DNA of 64,000 nt, from IMG/VR virus record IMGVR_UViG_3300020442_000005, positions 186,001 through 250,000 of that record, one strand, 5' to 3'. A program made the translations under genes and the position numbers. Position 1 is the stretch's first letter, and each line of letters begins with the position of its first letter. A model generated the notes under the pieces. It made no database searches. It saw nothing but the letters and a program-made list of their open reading frames with translations, and had not been told where the DNA came from. Positions 1-9,127 of this stretch are shown piece by piece.

Positions 1-2
1 GG

Positions 3-1448
3 GATGACCAAGAAGTGTACAAGGTCTATGAAGAAGGTCGTTGGGCTGGCATCTTCCAGTGTACTAACAACGGCGCGCAAAGATTGTTTCAACGAGCAAA
101 GCCAAAATCCATCCTTGATATTGCTGCTTTGACTTCAATCTATCGTCCTGGTCCGCTTGCTATGAGCATTGACAAGAAATACGTTAAGGCCAAAAACAAT
201 CCGGAAGATATCAAATATGATCATCCCATTCTTGAGGAAATACTTTCAGAAACCTATGGAATGCTAGTGTTTCAGGAACAGACAATGGCCATCGTAAATA
301 GGCTTGGCCAAATACCTTTGGATGAGTGTAACTCAATTCGTAAAATGATGAAACCACAGCAGTCCTCTGCAGAAGCAACGCGTAAAGCGAAAGCACTCAA
401 AAGCCGTATTGTTGATGGGTTTATGGCATCCGGACTAGATCCATATCAGGCTGACAAGCTATACGCAAACATTATGAAGTTTACGGCGTATTCTTTCAAC
501 AAGTCTCATGCTGTGGCATACGCTATGGACTCTTACTATTGTGCATGGCTGATGACATACTATGAAGAGGAGTGGCTCTGTGCATATCTAGAATCCATGG
601 AAAAGAATGCAGACAAGCGTAACAAAGCATTCAGTGAAGTAAAAGCCCTGGGGTATGAAATCGTTCCAATCGATATTAATTATGCAACCGATTCTTGGGC
701 TATCTTAGATGGAAAGAAGTTTATGCCTTCGTTCTCGTCTTGTAAAGGTATTGGAGATGCTGCCATTCATGAGATAATTGCTTTGCGTAATAAGCAGAAG
801 GGCAAGCGTTTTTCTACCATCGAGTCTATCATGTACGACAAAGATATGGTTTGGCAGCTTTCCAAGTTTAATAAGAAGGCAATGGAGGCTCTGGTGAATA
901 TTAAGGCCTTCGATTCTATGAATATAGTTGGCTTATCAAGTCGATTTGAGAATTACAATCATATGCGTGAGGCACTCATCCCGGGATGGCAAAAGTGGAA
1001 AAAGCGCCTGAAGAGTGATCCAAAGAGAGGCTATAACGATATGTTAGCGTCAATTGAGTCGACCGCAGGAACACCGGCGTTTACCAGGAAAGAAATCATC
1101 CAGAATGAAATGAATCATTTAGGATCTGTATCTATCGAAACATTGATACCGCCAAGATATATTGCACGATTCAACGAGGAACAATGGTCTCCAGTTGACG
1201 AGTTTGATAACCCTAACAAGCCCTATTGGTTCGTTGTTGTTCAGGCTGTAAAGAAAAAGACAAAGACTGGAAGAAATTATCTTCGATTGAAAATCATGGG
1301 ATCAAACGGAAAACAGTACTGGTGTAATTGCTGGGGCTGGAACGGTGTCGACACTGTGGATCCATACACGGTTTGTGTAGGTTACATTAGTGAAAACTCT
1401 TTTGGTAAGTCTACAAAATGGTCAAAAATGGAAATATTCCTTGGTTGA
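3..1448 (+). CDS. dnaE: DNA polymerase III alpha subunit (DnaE-type), C-terminal part; 5' end lies outside the window
   Basis: Motifs GIFQC, SIYRPGP, ETYGMLVFQEQ, FTAYSFNKSHAVAY, KGIG (HhH) and a C-terminal OB-like region; frame is open from base 3. Confidence 0.93.
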   Translation, partial: DDQEVYKVYEEGRWAGIFQCTNNGAQRLFQRAKPKSILDIAALTSIYRPGPLAMSIDKKYVKAKNNPEDIKYDHPILEEILSETYGMLVFQEQTMAIVNRLGQIPLDECNSIRKMMKPQQSSAEATRKAKALKSRIVDGFMASGLDPYQADKLYANIMKFTAYSFNKSHAVAYAMDSYYCAWLMTYYEEEWLCAYLESMEKNADKRNKAFSEVKALGYEIVPIDINYATDSWAILDGKKFMPSFSSCKGIGDAAIHEIIALRNKQKGKRFSTIESIMYDKDMVWQLSKFNKKAMEALVNIKAFDSMNIVGLSSRFENYNHMREALIPGWQKWKKRLKSDPKRGYNDMLASIESTAGTPAFTRKEIIQNEMNHLGSVSIETLIPPRYIARFNEEQWSPVDEFDNPNKPYWFVVVQAVKKKTKTGRNYLRLKIMGSNGKQYWCNCWGWNGVDTVDPYTVCVGYISENSFGKSTKWSKMEIFLG

Positions 1449-1504
1449 AAAATTATAAACTTATGATTTTTTGATTATAATGTAGCAAAGATCTGAAGGG
1501 AGAA

Positions 1505-2194
1505 TTGATGAAAACAGTATCTGATGTACGCAATATGTTTGCGCAAAAATACCTCAACAATGAATTTGTTGTCGACAAGTCTGGTTGCAAAATGCTTGAA
1601 GTGCTTGGTGTATCTTTCATTGCTGATGATGAAACCATATTTGGAAAAGTAAACTATGCGTACATTAAGAAAGAACTAGACTGGTATTTAAGTCAATCTC
1701 TCAATGTTTATAACATACCTGATACCCCTACAATCTGGAAGCAAGTTGCGACAGCTGAAGGCCAGATTAATTCCAACTACGGATATCTTATATTTTCTGA
1801 CGTCAATGGCCATCAATACGATTATGCCTTGAAGGCTTTGCTAGCTGATGAAAACACACGTCGTGCTTGCATGATTTACACTCGGCCTTCTATTCAAACT
1901 GAATACAACACGGCTGACATGTCAGATTTTATTTGCACCAATGCGGTAACTTACTTCATAAGAGATAATCGATTGAGCTGTGTTGTGCAGATGCGTTCGA
2001 ATGATATATGGGCTGGATACCGAAACGACTATGCGTGGCAGAAATGGGTATTAGAAAAGCTACATTCAGATCTTTTGAATAAATACGATAATTTAGAAAT
2101 CGGCGATATAATCTGGAACGCTTCTTCTCTACACATGTATGAAAGAAACTTTGGGTTAATAAGAAAATTTAATAAAATCGGTCTTTACAAATAG
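1505..2194 (+). CDS. dCMP hydroxymethylase (T4 gp42-like, thymidylate synthase fold)
   Basis: Collinear with T4 gp42 as recalled: FVVDKSG, KELDWY, INSNYG, MIYTRPS, MSDFICTN (catalytic Cys), MRSNDxxxGYRNDYAWQK (Asp where ThyA has Asn), WNASSLHMY. Confidence 0.85.
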   Translation: MMKTVSDVRNMFAQKYLNNEFVVDKSGCKMLEVLGVSFIADDETIFGKVNYAYIKKELDWYLSQSLNVYNIPDTPTIWKQVATAEGQINSNYGYLIFSDVNGHQYDYALKALLADENTRRACMIYTRPSIQTEYNTADMSDFICTNAVTYFIRDNRLSCVVQMRSNDIWAGYRNDYAWQKWVLEKLHSDLLNKYDNLEIGDIIWNASSLHMYERNFGLIRKFNKIGLYK

Positions 2195-2203
2195 GAGAAA
2201 ACT

Positions 2204-2614
2204 ATGTCAAACATATTAAAGGAAGCAGATCAAATCATCAACGAAAGATCTGAAGAAAAAGAACGTCAATACGGCCCTTTCAGCGAAGGTATGAAAAGAG
2301 CGGCTATGATTGCATCAGGTATGACCGGCAGAACTTGGTCAGCCCACGATATGTATATTGCTATGATTGCACTTAAGTTTTCTCGACAATCTTATAACTT
2401 TAAAGAAGATAATCTTCTTGATGCCGTGGCATACATCGGCGCGTGGCAAAATTTTATCGATGAAGAGAGACCAGCTCACGAAGGTCCGGATTCACACGAT
2501 GATATATCAATTTCAAACAACAAAACTCTTCTTACTGAAGATAACAACGAAGCGAGCCCAGATGATCCTAGGGCTCTGCTAAAAGCAATGATTGCAATGG
2601 AAGGAAAAAAATGA
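2204..2614 (+). CDS. DUF6378-like all-alpha protein, possible nucleotide pyrophosphohydrolase
   Basis: ILKEADQII..R...YGPF, ALKFSR and DNLLDAVAY pattern; lies in a nucleotide-metabolism block. Confidence 0.5.
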   Translation: MSNILKEADQIINERSEEKERQYGPFSEGMKRAAMIASGMTGRTWSAHDMYIAMIALKFSRQSYNFKEDNLLDAVAYIGAWQNFIDEERPAHEGPDSHDDISISNNKTLLTEDNNEASPDDPRALLKAMIAMEGKK

Positions 2615-3054
2615 GAATAGCAAAAACAAGAAAAGTAAAAACTCCAACCCGCGGTACCAAAGGCTCGGCTGGTATTGATTTCTATGTTCCAGATAATTAT
2701 CCTGCAGATATAGGACCGATCGACCCAGGGCATGCAGTGTTTGTTCCTTCCGGAATTAGTGCAAAAGTCCCAGATGGCTATGCGCTGATTGCATTTAATA
2801 AATCTGGTGTAGCTCTAAAAAAAGGCCTTACTGTTGGAGCTTGTGTTGTTGATTCCGATTATCAAGGAGAAATCCATCTTCATCTCGTTAATACGTCTAC
2901 CAAACCCGTACACATTGAACCCGGCGAAAAGCTAGTACAGTTCTTGCTTGTACCGGTCGACCATTGTGATATTGAGGTAGTTGACAGAGATACACTTTTC
3001 CAATCTGAGTCTCAGAGAGGCGCCGGCGGATTTGGAAGTACGGGAGTCAAGTAA
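2611..3054 (+). CDS. dut: trimeric dUTPase
   Basis: SAGIDF, NKSG, VVDSDYQGEI, RGAGGFGSTG. Confidence 0.93.
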   Translation: MRIAKTRKVKTPTRGTKGSAGIDFYVPDNYPADIGPIDPGHAVFVPSGISAKVPDGYALIAFNKSGVALKKGLTVGACVVDSDYQGEIHLHLVNTSTKPVHIEPGEKLVQFLLVPVDHCDIEVVDRDTLFQSESQRGAGGFGSTGVK

Positions 3055-4044
3055 ATGGATAAGGTGATAGTAACCGGTGGTGCCGGATTTATCGGACACC
3101 ACTTAGTAAAAAAACTAGTATCATTGGGCAAATTCGTATATGTAGTAGATGATCAAAGTTCAGCAGTAGTCAATCCATTAACGACGCCGCCTGATACACA
3201 TGTACGTGAAGTGCTACCTCAGATGCTAGAATTTTATAATGTCGATACAGACCCAGCTAATCCTGGAGTCGTGTATTTAAATTGCGATTATTCTAGTTTA
3301 GCAATCCTAAAATTAATTTATACTGGTCAAATTAAGACTGTGTTTCATTTAGCTGCAAAACCTCGAGTTGAATGGTCAGTCCAACATCCGGTTGTGTCGA
3401 CTACGGAAAACTTTGCAAAAGTTTTGCCTCTATTAAAAGCATGTGCAGCCAAAAACACGAGATTTGTATTTAGTTCAACCGCTGCTGTTTATGGAGATGT
3501 AAAAACACTACCGACTCTGGAAGGCGACAACACGAATCCTAAAAGTCCATATGGGCTGGCAAAACTATGTGTTGAGCAATACATGGATTTATTCAATGAA
3601 TTATACGATCTAGATTATGCTGCTCTACGTTACTTCAATGTTTACGGGCCAGGGCAGCCCGGCGACAGTCCTTATTCGACAGTTGTGTCAGCTTGGTGTG
3701 CTAAGGCTCTTGCCGGAGAAGCATTAAGATCTGATGGCGATGGAGAACAGACCAGAGACATGGTTTATGTAGACGATGTGGTGTCAGCCAATATCTTGGT
3801 AAGTGAAATCACAGATCTACCACATAGAGTGTTTAACGTTGGTAGTGGGCAAAGCGTATCAAACAATTACATCAGGCAAAAATTTGTCGACAAAGGTCAC
3901 AGTAAGGTGAAACATGCAGATGCTCGGCCTGGTGATGTACGAGATACTTTGGCCGGTATTGAAAAATTAGAAAGTCTTGGTTGGAAAGCTGAAACTGCTT
4001 TCGATGCTGGACTACAGAAAGTTTTCGATTATTGGAATATTTAA
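3055..4044 (+). CDS. NAD-dependent NDP-sugar epimerase/dehydratase (extended SDR)
   Basis: TGGAGFIG, FSSTAAVYG, YGLAK (YxxxK), LRYFNVYGP. Confidence 0.9.
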   Translation: MDKVIVTGGAGFIGHHLVKKLVSLGKFVYVVDDQSSAVVNPLTTPPDTHVREVLPQMLEFYNVDTDPANPGVVYLNCDYSSLAILKLIYTGQIKTVFHLAAKPRVEWSVQHPVVSTTENFAKVLPLLKACAAKNTRFVFSSTAAVYGDVKTLPTLEGDNTNPKSPYGLAKLCVEQYMDLFNELYDLDYAALRYFNVYGPGQPGDSPYSTVVSAWCAKALAGEALRSDGDGEQTRDMVYVDDVVSANILVSEITDLPHRVFNVGSGQSVSNNYIRQKFVDKGHSKVKHADARPGDVRDTLAGIEKLESLGWKAETAFDAGLQKVFDYWNI

Positions 4045-4122
4045 TGAGCTTGGTGTTTTTGTTTAAACACATGCGGTTGAATACTTATACACGTTTCGAA
4101 ACGATACAACGGAGAATACACG

Positions 4123-5004
4123 ATGTTAGAACCATCTTCTATTAATACTGTTATTTATCACGCCAACTGCAACGACGGATTTGGCGCTTGTTATTCTGCT
4201 TGGAAGCTATTGGGTAATCGATGCGAATATATTGCATGCGCGCACGGAGATCCAGCACCTGACGTCACCGGTCGAAGAGTAGCAATTCTTGATTTTTCAT
4301 TTAATAATGCAACGACAAAGGCGATGATAGAGCAGGCGGAATCGTTGATCGTGATCGATCATCACAAGTCGGCTGTTGTTGAGTTGCACGATATATCAAA
4401 TACTATTTTTGATATGAATAAATCCGGGGCAATGCTTGCTTGGGAGTTCTTTCATCCTGGAAAAGAGCCTCCTAAGTTTGTACAATATATCGAAGATCGG
4501 GATTTATGGAAATGGGAACTTCCTTATTCAAAGGAATTCTCAGCAGCGTTTGATATGGTGCCATGGGACTTTCATGAGTATGAAAAGTTTGAAGATGATT
4601 CGGTTTTTGACGATGCTGTAAAGCGTGGATCATATATTTTGGCGTATTCAAAAACCGTCATTAAGAAGATTTGTGATAAAGCGGTTTCCAGAAAGTTTGA
4701 TGATTACGATGTCATGGTTGTAAACTCTTCCCACTGGATGTCTGAGATCGGATCGTCTTTGGCAAAAGACTGTGACTTCGCCATGATATGGTATTATGAC
4801 CATGATGAAAAGAACTACAAGTGTTCATTGCGCGCATTTCACGATACCATCGATGTGAGCGAAATCGCTAAAAAGTTTGGTGGCGGCGGTCATAGAAAGG
4901 CGGCTGGTTTTGTTCTTGCAAAGTCTAAACACCCAGATTCCATATTCATTCAACATGTAGAAGAAGAATCTATTTTGCCCGACGGAGAGTTCGGTGCAGA
5001 CTAG
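4123..5004 (+). CDS. DHH/DHHA1 family phosphoesterase
   Basis: YHxxCxDG, ILDFS, IDHH, DRDLW, GGGGHRKAAGF. Confidence 0.88.
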   Translation: MLEPSSINTVIYHANCNDGFGACYSAWKLLGNRCEYIACAHGDPAPDVTGRRVAILDFSFNNATTKAMIEQAESLIVIDHHKSAVVELHDISNTIFDMNKSGAMLAWEFFHPGKEPPKFVQYIEDRDLWKWELPYSKEFSAAFDMVPWDFHEYEKFEDDSVFDDAVKRGSYILAYSKTVIKKICDKAVSRKFDDYDVMVVNSSHWMSEIGSSLAKDCDFAMIWYYDHDEKNYKCSLRAFHDTIDVSEIAKKFGGGGHRKAAGFVLAKSKHPDSIFIQHVEEESILPDGEFGAD

Positions 5005-5407
5005 ACCTAGCTGGAATAGAATTTGGATGGACTTTGCTGAAACTATATCTCAGCGTAGTTATGATCCTAATTTTAAGGTTGGTTGTTGTATTGTCACAGA
5101 TGATAACTGTCAGGTGCTAGCAATTGGCTACAACGGCAATCATAAGGGCGGACCTAATAAAAGAGAATCAGACACACCAGGGCATTCAGGGTTTATACAC
5201 GCTGAAATTAATGCGTTAATTAAGTTGGACTATAATAATCCAAAATCAAAGAAAATGTATTTGACACTGAGTCCATGTTCGGCTTGTGCAAAGGCCATCA
5301 TCAATGGCGGTATTAATAAAGTTTTTTATAAAGAACAATATCGCTGTACTGCTGGAATCGAGTTACTTCGAGAATGCGGAATTGTTGTCGAGCAGATTAC
5401 AGATTAA
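4994..5407 (+). CDS. dCMP deaminase
   Basis: KVGCCI, GYNG, HAEINAL, PCSACAK zinc motifs. Confidence 0.88.
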   Translation: MQTRPSWNRIWMDFAETISQRSYDPNFKVGCCIVTDDNCQVLAIGYNGNHKGGPNKRESDTPGHSGFIHAEINALIKLDYNNPKSKKMYLTLSPCSACAKAIINGGINKVFYKEQYRCTAGIELLRECGIVVEQITD

Positions 5408-5502
5408 ATTAGTTAAAACACAACGTAGACTATAATTATAAACAGACATTGAAGCGCTTGTAGTATATTTATACAAAAATGCATTAAGTTTGGAGTAAAT
5501 AC

Positions 5503-7971
5503 ATGTTAATGATTGAAAGCTTGTCACGCGGCGCCATTGCTGACGCTATCTACACACTTGAACAGATCGATAAGATTGGCTCTAGGGCTTTGGCTTTAAA
5601 TGAAGCAATAGACAGTGGCCTTTTAACAGAGTCTCGCCAAAGACTGCTTATGGAAGATTTAGACAAGGCAATGAAAGATCTGCAGACTCAATCACAATCA
5701 AGTTTAGGTAAACTCGATAAGGCAATCGCTTTTATTGAAAACTTTTTAACTATCGGAACACAAGGTAAAGGAGTCGCTATATGGGATCTGATCGCTGAAT
5801 CTTTTGGGGTTGCCAAGGAAAAGGTTAGTGAACTAACAACTATTGATCTGGGTGCAATCGGCAACATGAAGGCCTTCTTTAACGAGGGTGGAAAGTTAGC
5901 CGCAATCATGGATGCTCTTTCGGCTGAAATGAATCTTATGGCAGTCTATATTAAGATTCTATCTGGAGCATTTTCCCAAACTATTCGACAAATGAAAGCG
6001 CTTCCTGCAAATCTTAAAGAAAAAGGCGACAAAAAACTAACTTTGAGAGCTTATCTAGATAGCGACCAAAACCGGTTCTCAGAAGAGGAAAAGGGAAAAA
6101 CAATATCTAGCGGTGATTTTGAGGGCGGCTTACTTGATGTTATGCAGGATATTCAAGCGAAAAACGGTGGTTATACCTGGAGTATCAAGGGAATAAAGAA
6201 CTGGTTTGGTGATAACAAAAAGGGTATGGGTATCGCCGCTCTTGCTGGTGGGATTGGTGCCATAGCCGGTTTGGCAACGGGTGGTTTGGCATTGGGTCCA
6301 TTAGCCGCGCTTGCTGCTAAAGGTGCCGCTGTTGGAGGCGGTCTATTCGGCTTGGGCGGACTCGCAAAGGGTAGAGGCGCTGGTAGTCGAACTCCTAAAA
6401 ACGCTCCAGAAGCATATGAGACTTCAAACGAAGCAATTGCAAAAGCTCTTTTAGATTCAGAGGTTAATAAACTTGAGGCTTTGATACCAGCCTTCGTAAA
6501 AGCTGTTAAGGGAGTTGACCCGGACGAGTTTGCAAAAGCATCAGAAGAGGCAAAAGAAGCATTGCAGTATATTCAGGATGGTATAAGACCTGGAGATCTT
6601 ATTGACGACCACCTTAAGGCAAATCCAAGCGGATCCGAAAAGTTAAAACAACTTCGTGACCTGGACCCGGAAACGACGGAAGCAATTCTAGTTCAAACAT
6701 TAGGAAACGACAACTCAGGCATAGAACAATATAAAAATACAACGATTTATAAAAATCTTGAAATGATCAGGAATGAGTTGGTGAAAGAAGCTGTCGAAGA
6801 GACTGAGGACATTCTTCTCGAAGACGGTGACATGGCTCATGACTTTACTATGATGGATTTATTGTTTGAGGAAAAGAAAGACGGCAAGAAGAAAAAGGGC
6901 AAGGGTAAGAAAAAAGGCAAAGGAAAGGGCAAAGATAAATCCGGGAAATCAGACGATAAGCCTGGGGTTACAAAGCCCGAATACAAAAAAATGAAGGGCA
7001 AAATGCAGGCCAAAGGCGAAAGAAGTTTAGAGAAAGCAGAACGCAAGCCTGACAAAGCCGGCAAGTACTCAAAACAAGTCGACAAATACGAAGACAAGAT
7101 AAACAGGAAAATGGTCAACAAGGACAGGCAACGCAACATCACAGCAATTGCTGATGAGTTTGAAAAGAAGATCATGGCACTTGAGGACGAAAAGGACACT
7201 GGCCGCGAAGATGCCGACACGGAAACTGAAGAGCAAGATGAGGAAAAAGACTCTGGCGTTAAAGCAATGCTTGGCCTGGATGAAAATCCAATAGTGAGAG
7301 ACACGCGCAAAAAAGCAGAGAAGATTGTAGCTAATGTAAAGAAAAAAATCGCCGCCATTGCTGAGAGGCGACAAAGACGAAAACTCCTTGAAATGATCGA
7401 TACTGTGAGTGATGGGACCAATTATTTCACTCTTCCTCCGGAGGACCTCGATGCCATCATCAATGACCTAAAAGATGGTGAAAAGATCAACATTCCAATA
7501 CCGGATGGAACATCACCAGATGTTGTCGAAGACGTTGAAGAAGTCGAGCTCAAGCTCAACGACGCGGTCGATGAACTACAACAGCTGGACAGAGACTCTG
7601 AGATTGACGCAGAAAACGAAAGATTAAGGCAAGAGGAGGATGCTGCTCGGCAGGCTGCTATAGACAAAGCCAATGCCGAACTGGCCCAGGCACTCAAAGA
7701 TTTAGCCGAGAAACAGGCGCAAAGAGCAGAGCAGCAAGAAGAAACCGAAGGTGGCGAAAGCAAAAGATTCGATGGAGATCTTTTCATCAAGGGCAAACCA
7801 TTGTCTAAATATGGAAATTTCTCTAAAGATAATCCACCAACAGGTCAAGGCGCAGCGTATCTACTGTTGCTTTACGGCGACGAAAACTATAGTAAGCTTC
7901 TTGGTGAGTCTAGACAGCTCACAAATGAGTCATATGACCGTAGACTTTTGAGACTTGCAGGTATTAAATAG
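5503..7971 (+). CDS. large hypothetical protein, probable virion/head-internal protein
   Basis: 822-aa ORF with RBS; Gly/Ala hydrophobic segment, Lys-rich and Glu-rich tracts, C-terminal RLLRLAGIK. Confidence 0.7.
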   Translation: MLMIESLSRGAIADAIYTLEQIDKIGSRALALNEAIDSGLLTESRQRLLMEDLDKAMKDLQTQSQSSLGKLDKAIAFIENFLTIGTQGKGVAIWDLIAESFGVAKEKVSELTTIDLGAIGNMKAFFNEGGKLAAIMDALSAEMNLMAVYIKILSGAFSQTIRQMKALPANLKEKGDKKLTLRAYLDSDQNRFSEEEKGKTISSGDFEGGLLDVMQDIQAKNGGYTWSIKGIKNWFGDNKKGMGIAALAGGIGAIAGLATGGLALGPLAALAAKGAAVGGGLFGLGGLAKGRGAGSRTPKNAPEAYETSNEAIAKALLDSEVNKLEALIPAFVKAVKGVDPDEFAKASEEAKEALQYIQDGIRPGDLIDDHLKANPSGSEKLKQLRDLDPETTEAILVQTLGNDNSGIEQYKNTTIYKNLEMIRNELVKEAVEETEDILLEDGDMAHDFTMMDLLFEEKKDGKKKKGKGKKKGKGKGKDKSGKSDDKPGVTKPEYKKMKGKMQAKGERSLEKAERKPDKAGKYSKQVDKYEDKINRKMVNKDRQRNITAIADEFEKKIMALEDEKDTGREDADTETEEQDEEKDSGVKAMLGLDENPIVRDTRKKAEKIVANVKKKIAAIAERRQRRKLLEMIDTVSDGTNYFTLPPEDLDAIINDLKDGEKINIPIPDGTSPDVVEDVEEVELKLNDAVDELQQLDRDSEIDAENERLRQEEDAARQAAIDKANAELAQALKDLAEKQAQRAEQQEETEGGESKRFDGDLFIKGKPLSKYGNFSKDNPPTGQGAAYLLLLYGDENYSKLLGESRQLTNESYDRRLLRLAGIK

Positions 7972-7977
7972 GGGATC

Positions 7978-8427
7978 ATGATGAACGAAAGAAAAGTTAT
8001 TGCAAGAATCCGAAACGCCTACAAAAAACGCCTGACCGAAGCCGTTATTGCTGGCGCGCTTGAAGAAGTTGACATGTTCGACAAACGTGGTAATATGATA
8101 TTGACACCGGATCTCAAGGTTAGACACAAGGCATCCGGATACGAATATACGATCGATCATATAGAAGGCGAAGGAGAGGACGCTGTGGTGTATCTCAGAC
8201 ATCCAGAGGAGCCAAGATTCTCAACTGCTGATGCGGAAACACCTTTAGTTGAAAAAACCAAGCTTCAAATGAAAGGTCTTAACGTTGCAAATATCTCTGG
8301 CGGAGGTATGTCTGACATGCCGGAAGAATTGTCTTTGGAAAAGCCTTCTGATGTAGAGAAAAAGGCACCGGCTTCGTTGTTGTCAATAACAAAGAAAGAG
8401 TTTGAAAACGAATACGAGGTAGAATAA
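7978..8427 (+). CDS. hypothetical protein
   Basis: In-operon ORF; its stop overlaps the next start. Confidence 0.7.
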   Translation: MMNERKVIARIRNAYKKRLTEAVIAGALEEVDMFDKRGNMILTPDLKVRHKASGYEYTIDHIEGEGEDAVVYLRHPEEPRFSTADAETPLVEKTKLQMKGLNVANISGGGMSDMPEELSLEKPSDVEKKAPASLLSITKKEFENEYEVE

Positions 8428-9110
8428 TGGATAAAACTTTGAAAGAAATGATTGCAGAAGATTTAGGACTTAAAAAAGACAAGTCTTTGAACGAATCATA
8501 TGTAACTGCTGCCAAAAAATATGATGTTACTACTGAGCTGCTTTCAAAGAAAAATATTGAGGCGCATAATCAGTTATTGGCTCAATATGTCGACGATCTA
8601 AACACAGTGTCTGCCAAACTTGATACAGTATCACGTGAGGATGCTAACCTAAACCATTCAGAGTTTAGGGGTTTGAAGATCGATGAGACCTATAATTTGA
8701 ATGCTGCCTACTTGCATGCCATGTTTTTCGAAAACATAGGAGACCCAAATTCAACAATCACTATGGATTCAATGACTTTTTTACGGCTAGAAAGAGACTT
8801 TGGTTCTTTCGATGCTTGGCAAAAAGATTTTATCGCATGTGGTCTATCGGCAAGAAACGGCTGGGCTGTAACTGTATACAACGACTTTCTTGGTAGATAC
8901 ATGAACGTTGTGGTTGATCTACATAGTTTAAACGTGCCTTTCTCTTCTAAACCTGTTATCGTATTAGATTGCTGGGAACATAGCTACTATCGTGACTATC
9001 TAAAAGATAGAAAGACATACATATACGCGATGATGAAGGAACTCAATTGGAGCCAGATTGAAAAGCGTGTTAAGATAGCTGAGAAGATAGCAAAAATTAC
9101 CAAAAAATAA
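8427..9110 (+). CDS. Fe/Mn superoxide dismutase-like protein (ChrC-like)
   Basis: LHAMFF, FGSFDAWQKDF, GWAV, LDCWEHSYY. Confidence 0.8.
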   Translation: MDKTLKEMIAEDLGLKKDKSLNESYVTAAKKYDVTTELLSKKNIEAHNQLLAQYVDDLNTVSAKLDTVSREDANLNHSEFRGLKIDETYNLNAAYLHAMFFENIGDPNSTITMDSMTFLRLERDFGSFDAWQKDFIACGLSARNGWAVTVYNDFLGRYMNVVVDLHSLNVPFSSKPVIVLDCWEHSYYRDYLKDRKTYIYAMMKELNWSQIEKRVKIAEKIAKITKK

Positions 9111-9127
9111 ATCTCGGAGTAGCACCA

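Noticed and set aside
1505-2194. Annotation as ordinary thymidylate synthase (thyA)
   Set aside because: It lacks the ThyA PCH and PFN motifs and has the gp42-type DFICT and RND, so a dCMP-acting enzyme fits better.
6837-7796. Long antisense ORFs here and at 9166, 14494, 24025-25247, 44692 and elsewhere
   Set aside because: They are shadows of low-complexity K/E-rich sense genes, giving S/F/L-rich translations with no RBS.
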